Shown here piece after piece: positions 1-9,175 of a stretch of 63,090 nt of DNA. The translations under genes and the position numbers were made by a program. How positions within the stretch are numbered: the stretch's first letter is position 1; every line of letters starts with the position of its first letter. The notes beneath the pieces were generated by a model that worked only from the letters and a program-made list of their open reading frames with translations, was not told the DNA's origin and did no database searches. This stretch comes from an uncultured Gemmatimonadaceae bacterium (GTDB taxonomy: Bacteria; Gemmatimonadota; Gemmatimonadetes; Gemmatimonadales; GWC2-71-9), in the NCBI GenBank assembly GCA_964519805.1, contig CAZFKN010000004.1, positions 1 through 63,090 on the forward strand, given 5' to 3'.

Positions 1-299
1 AGGAGCTCCAGCGGAAGTACCCGGACGTGCTGCAGGAGGCGCGCGGCAAGGGACTCTTGATCGGCATGGAGTTCCCCCGCCAGGAGATCGGCTGGCAGGT
101 GGCGTCGGGCCTCTTCAAGCGGGGCGTGCTGGTGGCGGGGACTTACTCCAAGGCGCAGGTGATCCGGATCGAGCCCGCGCTCAACATCCCGACCGCACTC
201 TTGCACGAGATGCTGAATCGCCTGGAAGACACGTTCAAGGAGGTGTCGGCCAAGCTCCGGGGAGATGCGGGGCGGAAGGTGCAGGCGGCGGGGGCGTAG
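1..299 (+). CDS. Class-III PLP aminotransferase, C-terminal fragment (gene starts upstream of window)
   Basis: The frame is open to the window edge. The translation ELQRKYPDVLQEARGKGLLIGMEF...VIRIEPALNIP resembles the C-terminus of acetylornithine/putrescine-type aminotransferases. Stop at 297-299. Confidence 0.6.
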   Translation, partial: ELQRKYPDVLQEARGKGLLIGMEFPRQEIGWQVASGLFKRGVLVAGTYSKAQVIRIEPALNIPTALLHEMLNRLEDTFKEVSAKLRGDAGRKVQAAGA

Positions 300-494
300 G
301 GCGGTCGGTGGCGCCGGACTCCAACGGCGATGTACGCGGGAAACCGGGGCCGCGGGTCACCGTAGGGATTCCGAGGCCCCTAATGCAACAGCTCCTGCGT
401 GTGACAGTTGTGGTCGCGCTCATCGCCGCCACCTGGACCACCGCGCCGCACTGGGCCGCTGACGCGCGTCGCTGATCCCGGCGTCCCTACCCGC

Positions 495-1933
495 CTAGTT
501 GATTCGGCTCAGAGCCAGGCCGAACCCCTTCTCCCACACCGGATCCCGCCCAGCGATCAAGTCTTCGATCGTCGGTGCCACCGGATAGTCCGGCACCACA
601 CCGTGCCGCGGATCGACGTCCTCGGTCGCGGCGAGATAGTAACCGACCAGCGGGAGAGAGAGCACGAGTCCTGAGTTCGGCAGGACCACCTCGGCCTCGA
701 ATCCCGACGTGTTGCCCAGATAGGCGCCACCAGCCTCCTCACCCACGAAGGTGACGCGCCGCTCCGAGTGGGCCATCGAGATGAATTCCGCCGTCGTCGA
801 GACGCTTCCCCGTTCATCAGCACGACAACCGGTCCGGTGAAGCCCGGAGTCGACGGCTGTTGCCGCCCAAGGTTGGGGTGGGTGACGCCGTGCAGCTTCC
901 CGTCCGGGCCCGGCCGGGCAAACCCGGGGGGAATGTCGTCCATCGTGCGCGTGAACCGGCGAAAGCTGAATTCGCGGCCGTTGAGAACGAGGTCGCGATA
1001 GTAGTCGAATGGGCGGGCGACGAGATACGACAGGAGCAGCTTGCCGTAGGTGTCCTCACCACCACCGTTGTCGCGGAGATCGATCACCAGTGCAGCCGTT
1101 CGATGGTCGCGCAACGTCGTAAAGGCGCGGACCAGGAACGCGGGAAACCCCTCGCCGCGCGCGGAGTCGGCCGGGTCGAGGAATCGGCGAATGGTGAGTC
1201 GGGCGATCCTGCCGTCGCGCAGCAATTCGAGCTGGGCCGCCGGTGTCGATGGCGCGTCATCCGGGTAGCGGACCCGAGCGGCGGCGCGGAGGTCGGGCAA
1301 TGTGAGGCCGGTCGAGCGGAGCCGCACGAGGCGTCCGGTGGACGGTTCCCGCAGTACAAGCTGATAGGGCGCCCGGATGCTCGTGAGGGCCACGAGGTTG
1401 GTCGCGAAGCGAAAATCGCTGAGCGCCGCCCGCTTCCACGTCCCGATATCGCCGTCCGCGGATGTGCCGGCGAGCATGAGACCCACCAGGCTGTCCACTG
1501 GGCGTCCGTTGATGGATCGGAGCTCGAACCCGGCGACCTTGCTCGAGTCGCTCGAGAAGTCGCGCACGACGAATGGAGCGCCGCCGACGAATGGGACGCG
1601 AAACGGCAACAGGCGCTCTCCAGTGACCAGATGCTGTTGCAGCGAATCGCTCAGCACGAGCATGGTGTGGCCGCACCTGACGAGCGCGACCAGCGGCGCA
1701 AGCACGCGATATAGTTGTGCCGCGGTCATCGGCGCGGCGAGCTGTCGTTCCGCCGCCGCCACGCCCCCGTCGAACCCCGCAGCCGTGGTGTAGCGCCGGA
1801 GCCCGCTGTGTCCTTCCTCGAGTGCCTGGCGCAGCACCGCGAGGTCGGCGCGCAGGGCACTTGCGGGCAGCAGCGTATCGCGTTGCGCGCCGGCGGCGAG
1901 GACGCCCGCCAGCAGATAACGAAGCACGAGCAT
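495..1933 (-). pseudogene. S41 family (C-terminal processing) peptidase interrupted by a 1-nt frameshift
   Basis: ORF 557..1933 reads as an S41-like peptidase (IDLRDNGGGE, GPVVVLMNG) and then becomes Arg/Ser-rich nonsense. ORF 495..776, in another frame, continues sensibly (GSVSTTAEFISMAHSERRVTFVGEEAGG...). The two frames meet at a C4 run at 808-811 (G4 on the coding strand). Confidence 0.6.
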
Positions 1934-2011
1934 GAAGCCAGGGTAGAGACGGGAGGCGAGGATGTCTTGAACGGACCTAACCTGGGGAGGTGCAGCGCTG
2001 CCTCCGACCTC

Positions 2012-2040
2012 TTGACTCCATCATCATGGAATGCAATTCT
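2012..2040 (+). promoter_or_regulatory. Candidate sigma-70 promoter (TTGACT-17 nt-AATTCT) that could give a leaderless XRE transcript
   Basis: TTGACT is at 2012-2017, followed by a 17-nt spacer and AATTCT at 2035-2040. The ATG at 2047 lies 7 nt after the -10. The surrounding patch is locally AT-rich in a GC-rich genome. The -10 is weak. Confidence 0.25.
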
Positions 2041-2046
2041 AGTATT

Positions 2047-2637
2047 ATGGAAACGACCATCCCCGACACCCAGTCCCGCCTGGCCGCCCGACTGCGCCGT
2101 CTCCGGGCCGAGCGCGGGCTCACCCTCGATGCACTCGCCGACCGCGCCGCCGTGAGCCGGGCCACGATCTCCCTGATCGAGCGCGGCGAGAGCAGCCCAA
2201 CGGCCGCTGTGCTCGATCGACTCGCGGCGGGGCTGGGCGTCTCGATCGCCTCCCTCTTCGCCGAGGAGGCACGCGCCGACGCTTCACCGGTCTCGCGGCG
2301 CGCCGATCAGGCCTCCTGGCGCGATCCCGCGACGGGCTACGTCCGCCGCAACCTCTCGCCACCGAGTTTCCCGTCGCCAATCGAGCTGGTCGAGGTGAGG
2401 CTTCCGGCCGGCGCGCGCGTGGCCTACGACACGGCGAGCCGGACCGTCGGCCTGAGCCAGCAGATCTGGGTCCTCGAGGGGCGCGTAGAGGTCAGCCTCG
2501 GCGCGGCCACGCACCGCCTGGATGCCGGTGACTGCCTTGCGATGCGTATAGACCGGCCTACAGCCTTTCGAAACCCCGCCAAACGCCCCGTCCGCTACCT
2601 CGTAGCGCTGGTGCCGGACCGGAGGAGCAGCCCATGA
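2047..2637 (+). CDS. XRE-family HTH transcriptional regulator with C-terminal cupin domain
   Basis: The HTH_3-like segment is LAARLRRLRAERGLTLDALADRAAVSRATISLIERGESSP. The C-terminal beta-rich part (WVLEGRVEV...GDCLAM) looks like a cupin. The track ORF starts at 1990; I prefer the ATG at 2047 (METTIPD). Confidence 0.7.
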   Translation: METTIPDTQSRLAARLRRLRAERGLTLDALADRAAVSRATISLIERGESSPTAAVLDRLAAGLGVSIASLFAEEARADASPVSRRADQASWRDPATGYVRRNLSPPSFPSPIELVEVRLPAGARVAYDTASRTVGLSQQIWVLEGRVEVSLGAATHRLDAGDCLAMRIDRPTAFRNPAKRPVRYLVALVPDRRSSP

Positions 2638-3230
2638 ACCAACTCCCGCAGGCGACCCCGGCGCCTGCCCCGTCCGGCGCCTCGGACGCAGGCGCCGCCA
2701 CTCCGGACCAGATCGCCATTCGCCAGCTCACGGGAGCCGAGGCGCACGCCCGTGTGCCCGACCTCTCCGCGGTGCTGATCGACTGCGTGGAGGGCGGCGC
2801 GTCCGTGAGCTTCATGGCGCCGCTCTCGCGGGAGCGGGCGGACGGCTTCTGGGGCCGCGTGGCCGACGGCGTCGTCTCCGGCACTCGGATTCTGATCGTG
2901 GCCGAGGACCAAGCCACAGGCGCGATCGTGGGAACGGTGCAGCTCCTGCTCGACCTCCCGGAAAACCAGCCCCATCGCGCGGACCTGGCCAAGATGCTGG
3001 TTCGCCGCTCGGCGCGCCGCCGGGGGCTCGGCGCTCGCCTCATGCGGGCGGTCGAGGACGCCGCCCGAGGGGCCGGACGGACGCTGCTCGTGTTGGATAC
3101 CGTCACCGGCGCCGACGCCGAGCGCCTGTACGAGCGCCTCGGCTGGACCAAGGTCGGGATCGTGCCGGGCTACGCCCTCTGGCCGGACGGACGGCCCTGC
3201 GACACGACCATTTTCTACAAGGCCCTGTGA
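2634..3230 (+). CDS. GNAT family N-acetyltransferase
   Basis: The acetyl-CoA binding motif region is VRRSARRRGLGARLMRAVEDAARGAGRTLLVLDT. The start overlaps the upstream stop (ATGA). Confidence 0.75.
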   Translation: MNQLPQATPAPAPSGASDAGAATPDQIAIRQLTGAEAHARVPDLSAVLIDCVEGGASVSFMAPLSRERADGFWGRVADGVVSGTRILIVAEDQATGAIVGTVQLLLDLPENQPHRADLAKMLVRRSARRRGLGARLMRAVEDAARGAGRTLLVLDTVTGADAERLYERLGWTKVGIVPGYALWPDGRPCDTTIFYKAL

Positions 3231-3289
3231 CGGCATGGACGAAAGACGAATGACGCGTCCAAGCGGGCGGGCCACGCTGGTCAAAACGA

Positions 3290-3318
3290 ACCGCGGCGGC
3301 CGGGAAGGCCGCCGCGGT
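3290..3318. terminator. GC-rich hairpin between convergent GNAT and pilC genes
   Basis: ACCGCGGCGGCC-gggaa-GGCCGCCGCGGT forms a perfect 12-bp stem in the 122-nt convergent spacer. There is no clear U-tract. Confidence 0.5.
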
Positions 3319-3352
3319 CCTTGGTACGGTAAGCCGGCTGGGACGAGCCGCC

Positions 3353-4561
3353 TTACTGCACCGTATTCATCATGTCGAAGATCGGCAGGTACATCGCCAC
3401 CACCATGCCGCCCACGACCACGCCCAGGACCACGATCATCATCGGCTCCATCAGCGAGAGGAGCGCGCTCACCGCGACGTCCACCTCTTCGTCGTAGAAG
3501 TCCGCGATCTTCGTGAGCATCTCGTCCAGGCCGCCGGTCTGCTCGCCCACCGCGATCATCGAGATCACCATGGGGGGGAACACCTTCGACTTCTCCAGCG
3601 GCGCCGCGATCGTCTCGCCGCCGGCGATCGACTGGCGCGAGGCCATGACCGCGTCGTGGATGACCATGTTGCCGGCCGTCTTCGCCGTGATCTCGAGCCC
3701 CTCGAGGATCGAGACGCCCGACGAGATCAGGGTGCCCAACGTGCGGGTGAAGCGGGAGACCGCCGACTTCCGGAGCAGGTCGCCCAGCACCGGGGACTTG
3801 AGCAGCAGCGCGTCGATGTTCTTGCGGCCGCTCGTACTGGCGTAGTAGCGCTGGATCGCGAAGACGGTGAGCCCGATGGCGCCAAGGACCGCCCACCAGT
3901 ATCCGATCAGCAGGTCGGACAGCCCGATCACGATGCGGGTCGGCAGCGGCAGCTCCATGCTCACCGAGGCGAACATGGTCTGGAAAACCGGGATTACGAA
4001 GATCAGCAGGATCGCGATCGCGATGCCCGCAACCGTGATGATGACGCCCGGGTACACCAACGCGCCCTTCACCTTGCGGATCAGGGCGTCGTTCTTCTCC
4101 AGGAACGTCGCGAGCCGGAGGAGAATGGTGTCCAGGATACCGCCGGCCTCGCCGGCGGCCACCATGTTGACGTAGAGGTCGCTGAACGCCTTCGGGTGCT
4201 TGCTGAACGCATCGGCCAGCGTGTTGCCCGACTCGACGTCGTAGACGACCGCGCGGGTGACTTCCGCCAGCGCCTTGTTCTCCGTCTGCTGTGCCAGGAT
4301 GTTGAGCGACTGCACCAGCGGCAGACCGGCGTTGATCATCGTGGCGAACTGCCGGGTGAAGATCACGATGTCGCGGGTCTTGATCCGCTGTCCCCCCGGC
4401 AGCGTGAACTTGATCTGCTTGGGAGCCTCCCGGACGCTCACCAGCATCAGCCGGTTCTTCTTGAGGTAGTTGTTCACCTCGGACTGGCTCGGCACGTCGA
4501 GCTGGCCCTTCTGGATCTGCCCGTTCGCGGCGTTGCGCGCGGTGTATTCGAACATCGGCAT
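3353..4561 (-). CDS. pilC: Type IV pilus assembly platform protein PilC (GspF family)
   Basis: 402 aa. FTRQFATMINAGLPLVQSL and GEQTGGLDEML are typical duplicated GspF-domain motifs. The gene lies downstream of pilB and pilT. Confidence 0.9.
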   Translation of the reverse strand: MPMFEYTARNAANGQIQKGQLDVPSQSEVNNYLKKNRLMLVSVREAPKQIKFTLPGGQRIKTRDIVIFTRQFATMINAGLPLVQSLNILAQQTENKALAEVTRAVVYDVESGNTLADAFSKHPKAFSDLYVNMVAAGEAGGILDTILLRLATFLEKNDALIRKVKGALVYPGVIITVAGIAIAILLIFVIPVFQTMFASVSMELPLPTRIVIGLSDLLIGYWWAVLGAIGLTVFAIQRYYASTSGRKNIDALLLKSPVLGDLLRKSAVSRFTRTLGTLISSGVSILEGLEITAKTAGNMVIHDAVMASRQSIAGGETIAAPLEKSKVFPPMVISMIAVGEQTGGLDEMLTKIADFYDEEVDVAVSALLSLMEPMMIVVLGVVVGGMVVAMYLPIFDMMNTVQ

Positions 4562-4579
4562 CGGTGATTCTCCCTCGCC

Positions 4580-5716
4580 CTAGCGGCGGGTGGCCCCCGC
4601 GGCGCGAAGCTGCTTCTCGCCTACCGCAGGAATGTCCTGGTCTTCCATCGGCCGCTGGCCGATCATCCGGAGGAACTCGTTCGGATCCCCCGAGACCCGG
4701 AGACACTCGTCTTCGGTCACGTCCCGCGCCATGTAGAGCTGGTACAGCGCGTCGTTCATCGTTTGCATCCCGAACTTCTTGCCCGCCTGCATGGACGAGT
4801 AGATCTGGTGGATCTTCTCGTCGCGGATCAGCGCGCGGATGGCCGGCGTCGCGACCATGATTTCCGCCGCCATCACCCGGCCGCGTCCCTTGGCCTTCGG
4901 CAGCAGCGTCTGGGTGACCACGCCCTCGAGCACGAAGGCGAGCTGCGCCCGCACCTGCGACTGCTGGTTGTGCGGGAAGACGTCGATGATGCGGTTGATG
5001 GATTCGGCGGCCGAGTTGGTGTGCAGCGTCGCGAGCGCCAGGTGGCCCGTCTCCGCGATCGTGAGCGCGGCGGCGATGGTCTCGAGATCGCGCATCTCAC
5101 CGACCAGGATGACGTCGGGGTCTTCACGCAGGGCGTACTTGAGCGCGTTGGCGAAGTTCTTGGTGTCGGTGCCGACCTCGCGCTGATTGACGATGCAGGC
5201 CTGGTGACGGTGGATGAACTCGATCGGGTCCTCCACCGTGATGATGTGGCCCTTCCGCTCCTTGTTGATCTTGTCGATGATCGCGGCCAGGGTTGTGGAC
5301 TTCCCCGATCCCGTCGGCCCGGTCACCAGGATGAGCCCGCGCGGCCGCTCCGCCAGCTTCGCCACAACCGGCGGCAGGCCAAGCTCCTGGAACGTTCGCA
5401 CATTGAAGGGAATCATGCGGATTACCATGGCCACACAGCCCCGCTGCTTGAATACGTTGCCGCGGAACCGAGCCAGGTTCTGGATCCCGAAGCTGAAGTC
5501 CAACTCGTCCTCCGTCTCGAACCGCTTCTTCTGGTTCTCGGTGAGGACCGAGTAGGCCAGCTGGAGCGTGTCCTTGGCGGTCAGGACATCGGGCGAAGAG
5601 CTATCGGTGATGTCACCGTCAATACGCAACTTAGGCCGCTCGCCAGCGGTGACGTGGAGGTCGGATGCCTCCTTTTCGATCATCTCTTCGAGCAACGCTC
5701 GCAAATTGACGGTCAT
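4580..5716 (-). CDS. pilT: Twitching motility ATPase PilT
   Basis: 378 aa. Walker A is GPTGSGKSTT. The Asp/His boxes are present, and AIRALIRDEKIHQIYS is the PilT signature region. Confidence 0.9.
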   Translation of the reverse strand: MTVNLRALLEEMIEKEASDLHVTAGERPKLRIDGDITDSSSPDVLTAKDTLQLAYSVLTENQKKRFETEDELDFSFGIQNLARFRGNVFKQRGCVAMVIRMIPFNVRTFQELGLPPVVAKLAERPRGLILVTGPTGSGKSTTLAAIIDKINKERKGHIITVEDPIEFIHRHQACIVNQREVGTDTKNFANALKYALREDPDVILVGEMRDLETIAAALTIAETGHLALATLHTNSAAESINRIIDVFPHNQQSQVRAQLAFVLEGVVTQTLLPKAKGRGRVMAAEIMVATPAIRALIRDEKIHQIYSSMQAGKKFGMQTMNDALYQLYMARDVTEDECLRVSGDPNEFLRMIGQRPMEDQDIPAVGEKQLRAAGATRR

Positions 5717-7419
5717 CCGGCGCTCTCCTTGACGACTTCTTCCAGGGTGGTCACGCCCCGCGCGATCTTCTTCATGCCATCCATGCGCAACGTCAGCATC
5801 CCCTCAGCCACGGCCTGCTCCTGGAGTTCTGCTACCGACGCACCGCGCAAGATCATGCGCCGCAGCTCCGGCGAGAGCGCCATGACCTCGTAGAGGCCCT
5901 GGCGACCCTTGTACCCGGTCCCGCTGCAGGCATCGCAGCCCCCGCCCTTCATGAATTTGATCTTGCGAAGGGAGTCAAGATCCGTGCCCAGGGAGCGCAA
6001 TTCGTCGTCCCCGTAGGTGTGGGGCGCCTTGCATTCCTTGCAGATACGCCGGACCAGCCGCTGGGCCACGACCAGGTTCACCGCGCTCGCCACGTTGAAC
6101 GCCTCGACGCCCATGTCGATCATACGAGTGATGGTGCTGGGCGCGTCGTTCGTGTGGAGCGTCGACAGCACGAGGTGGCCGGTGAGCGCCGCCTTGATGG
6201 CGATGCCGCCGGTCTCGAGATCGCGGATCTCACCGATCATGATGATGTTCGGGTCCTGCCGCAGGAACGCCTTCAGCGCCGCCGCGAACGAGAGCCCGAT
6301 GTCGGTGCGCACGAGGACCTGATTGATCCCCATCAGGTTGTACTCGACGGGGTCTTCCGCGGTCATGATGTTCGTGTCGATCGTGTTGATCCGCTGGAGG
6401 CACGAGTACAGCGTCGTCGTCTTGCCCGAGCCGGTCGGCCCGGTGACCAGCACCATGCCGTAGGGGTTCAGGATCGCCTTCATCAGGTCCTGCTCCGCCT
6501 TCGGCTCGAACCCGAACTTGGTGAGATCGAGCGTCAGGTTCCCCTTGTCGAGGATTCGGAGCACGATCTTCTCGCCGAAGAGCACCGGCAGCGTCGACAC
6601 CCGGAAGTCGATCACCCGCGTGCCCATCTTGAGCTTGAGGCGGCCGTCCTGCGGCACGCGCCGCTCGGCGATGTTGAGCTGGGAGAGAATCTTCACGCGC
6701 GACGTGAGCGCGGCCTTCATCTTGAGCGGGGGCTTCATGACCTCGAGCAGCGCGCCGTCGACGCGGTACCGCACCCGGATCTCGTGCTCGAAGGGCTCGA
6801 TGTGAATGTCGCTCGCGCCGCGCTTCACCGCGTCGGTGAGAAGCCCGTTGATCAACTTGACGACCGGCGCGTCGTCGACATTGGCGGCACCGGTCTCCTC
6901 CTCCTCTTCCTCGAGGACCTCGACGTCATCGGCCAACCCCTCCATGTCCTTCAGGATGCTCTGGAGCTGCTGGTCCGACGACTCGTAGTGCTTCTCGATC
7001 AGGGCGCGTAGCGTGTACTCGCCGGCGATGACCGGGAACAGGTCGTACCGGGTGATGAACTTCAGGTCCTCGAGCAGGCCATGGTCGGTCGGGTCGGCCA
7101 TCGCGATCGTCAGGGTGCGGCCCTCGCGCTTGAGCGGGAGGACCACGTGCTTGGTCGCGAGGTCGGCGGGGATCAGCTTGACGAGTTTGGGATCGACCTC
7201 GAAGCGGGAAAGGTCGACCGCCGGCAAGCGGTATTGGCGGGCCAGGAGCTTGGTGATTTCCAGCTCCTGCACCAGGCCCAGCTTCACCAGGACATACCCC
7301 AAGCGATGCTTACTGGCCCTCTGCTCGGAGAGCGCCTGTGCCAGCTGCTCCCGAGTGATCAGGCCTTCTTTGATCAGGATGTCGCCGAGCCGGTCGGGAC
7401 CGGCGGCCGCGGTCGCCAT
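5713..7419 (-). CDS. pilB: Type IV pilus assembly ATPase PilB (GspE family)
   Basis: 568 aa. It has an N-terminal MshEN/GSPII_E_N-like domain, a Walker A motif (GPTGSGKTTT) and a tetracysteine C-terminal motif (CKEC...CDAC). An ATGA overlap joins it to pilT. Confidence 0.9.
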   Translation of the reverse strand: MATAAAGPDRLGDILIKEGLITREQLAQALSEQRASKHRLGYVLVKLGLVQELEITKLLARQYRLPAVDLSRFEVDPKLVKLIPADLATKHVVLPLKREGRTLTIAMADPTDHGLLEDLKFITRYDLFPVIAGEYTLRALIEKHYESSDQQLQSILKDMEGLADDVEVLEEEEEETGAANVDDAPVVKLINGLLTDAVKRGASDIHIEPFEHEIRVRYRVDGALLEVMKPPLKMKAALTSRVKILSQLNIAERRVPQDGRLKLKMGTRVIDFRVSTLPVLFGEKIVLRILDKGNLTLDLTKFGFEPKAEQDLMKAILNPYGMVLVTGPTGSGKTTTLYSCLQRINTIDTNIMTAEDPVEYNLMGINQVLVRTDIGLSFAAALKAFLRQDPNIIMIGEIRDLETGGIAIKAALTGHLVLSTLHTNDAPSTITRMIDMGVEAFNVASAVNLVVAQRLVRRICKECKAPHTYGDDELRSLGTDLDSLRKIKFMKGGGCDACSGTGYKGRQGLYEVMALSPELRRMILRGASVAELQEQAVAEGMLTLRMDGMKKIARGVTTLEEVVKESAG

Positions 7420-7492
7420 CGTCGGGGTCGAAGCTCACGGTTGTGGGTAGGGAAAGCCACTGCCCCTGGATGCGCCCGGGAGGTGTCCGACT

Positions 7493-8122
7493 TTAAGGCA
7501 CCTGCAACCTTTGGCGCACGCGGCCGACCAAGGCAGGTTTGATGCCGGGAATGCGAGAGAGTGCATCGATCGACGGGAACGGGCCGTTACGTTCCCGGTC
7601 CCGCACGATGGCCGCCGCGAGCTTCGCCCCGATGCCCGGAAGAGCCTCCAGCTCGGCGGCCGTGGCCCGGTTGAGGGAAACCTGATCCGGGGAAGAGCCT
7701 AGGATGGAATGAGATGGATCCTGGGCCCGGGGCTGCCCGCTGAACGTGGCGTGGTCCGCGATGGCGCTCAGAAGGGCGGCCCCGACCCCCGGGACTCGAT
7801 CCAATCCAGCTAGGTTGCCGAAAAGGCCACGGGCCTCCCGATCGGCAACAATGCGTTTCGCCAGCCCCGGCCCGACTCGCGGCAGCCGGGTCACTTCTTC
7901 CGGCCCCGCCCGGTCAAGATCGATACGCTCCCCCGGGTCCAGCGGCCGGCTCAGGGCGATGGTGCTGTCCTTGTGCGCCAGGGGCGATTGCCCTGGCAAC
8001 GCCTGGACCAGCTCGATCTCTCCAGGGGCCTGACCCGGGCGGTTGGCGACGAGGCGAGCGGCGTGGCCGGCGACGGCAAGGGCGAGCAGGAAGATGAGGG
8101 CGCGGCGTTCGGCGGGAGGCAT
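7493..8122 (-). CDS. comEA: ComEA-like DNA-binding protein with two tandem helix-hairpin-helix modules
   Basis: From the internal ATG at 8122 (MPPAERRALIFLLALAVAG) there is a signal/anchor followed by two HhH repeats (LPRVGPGLAKRIVADRE... and LPGIGAKLAAAIVRDRE...). The track ORF extends to 8392 through Arg/Ser-rich junk that overlaps the neighbouring gene. Confidence 0.7.
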   Translation of the reverse strand: MPPAERRALIFLLALAVAGHAARLVANRPGQAPGEIELVQALPGQSPLAHKDSTIALSRPLDPGERIDLDRAGPEEVTRLPRVGPGLAKRIVADREARGLFGNLAGLDRVPGVGAALLSAIADHATFSGQPRAQDPSHSILGSSPDQVSLNRATAAELEALPGIGAKLAAAIVRDRERNGPFPSIDALSRIPGIKPALVGRVRQRLQVP

Positions 8123-8192
8123 GCGGGAACGGTGGCGTCGCGGGAGGCGAGTCGCGCCACCCGTTCCCTGCGGATCGGAGCGGAAAGCTGCG

Positions 8193-9104
8193 TTACTTCT
8201 CCTGCTCGACCAGGGCGACCGCGACGTCCCCCACGATCTGGAGACTCGCGGCACTGACCTTGTCGATCGTATCGTCCGGCGTATGCCAGGAGGGGTAGTC
8301 GAAGTCCACGACGTCGATCGCCTTGATCCCGACTTTCTGCAGCTCCACGTGGTCGTCGGTGAGCGTGTGCTTCGGCGCGTCGATGAAAGCATCCTGGTGC
8401 CCCGCCTTGCGCGCCACGGCCCAGACGAGGTTCACGATCTCCGGGGCCCCGGTGAGCGAGTTCCCCTCCTGATAGATCTGGAGATCCTTGTCGGCCACGA
8501 GGTCGAAGAGGACCGCGTACTTGGGCTGTGGTCCCGGCATCTGGTGGGCCGCGTAGTACCGGGCTCCGATGAGCACGTCGTTCGGGTGTTGATTGAAGTC
8601 CCCGTAGTCCTCGCCGTCGTCGAACAGGAGATCCACCCCGATCGTGGGTGGATGGCGCTTGAGCACGTCCGCCACCCCGAGGAGCACGGCCACACCCGAC
8701 GCGCCGTCGTTGGCCCCGGGGACGGGGGCCTTCGGGTTCTTGGAGCCGGGGCCGTCCGAGATGGGCCGCGTATCCCAGTGCGCCAGGAACAGCACGCGCG
8801 AGGTGGCCTTGGGATTGAACCGCGCGATGAAATTGCGCAGCGGGAGCGAATCGCCGGTCGCGGTCACGTGGGTCCACGCCTGCACCGCCAGGGTGTCCGA
8901 CCGCGTCCGGAGCACGCTGTCGAGCCATTGCGCCATCCGCGCATGCGCCGGGGCGCCGGGGATCCTGGGTCCGAACGCGACCTGGCTCTTGAGGTACTCG
9001 AACGCCGCCTTGCCGTCGAACTTGGGCGGGGGTGGCGGGGCCTCGCGAGCGCAGCCGGCAAGGCCAAGCGCAAGCGCGAGGAGAACCGGAAAGGGTCTCG
9101 ACAT
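8193..9104 (-). CDS. M28 family metallopeptidase / glutaminyl-cyclase-like lipoprotein
   Basis: The lipobox is LALGLAGC. The motifs HWDTRP, GANDGASGVAVLL and DDGEDYG are typical of M28 and bacterial glutamine cyclotransferases. Confidence 0.7.
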   Translation of the reverse strand: MSRPFPVLLALALGLAGCAREAPPPPPKFDGKAAFEYLKSQVAFGPRIPGAPAHARMAQWLDSVLRTRSDTLAVQAWTHVTATGDSLPLRNFIARFNPKATSRVLFLAHWDTRPISDGPGSKNPKAPVPGANDGASGVAVLLGVADVLKRHPPTIGVDLLFDDGEDYGDFNQHPNDVLIGARYYAAHQMPGPQPKYAVLFDLVADKDLQIYQEGNSLTGAPEIVNLVWAVARKAGHQDAFIDAPKHTLTDDHVELQKVGIKAIDVVDFDYPSWHTPDDTIDKVSAASLQIVGDVAVALVEQEK

Positions 9105-9175
9105 GGCCTCATTATAACCCGGCCCTCGACGCCCTCCGCCTTGGCCGCCGCGGGCCGGGCGCTCATCTTTCGCGC

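Noticed and set aside
383-475. 30-codon ORF (MQQLLRVTVVVALIAATWTTAPHWAADARR) in the aminotransferase/S41 spacer
   Set aside because: It is a hydrophobic mini-ORF with a weak GAGG 7 nt upstream. It has no conservation evidence and no family resemblance, and chance ORFs of this size are common.
2595-4706. 703-aa ORF on the minus strand spanning the GNAT gene, the spacer and pilC
   Set aside because: The composition is Arg/Gly/Pro/His-rich and low in complexity. It is out of frame with the well-supported pilC and antisense to the GNAT gene. This is a typical shadow ORF in roughly 70% GC DNA.
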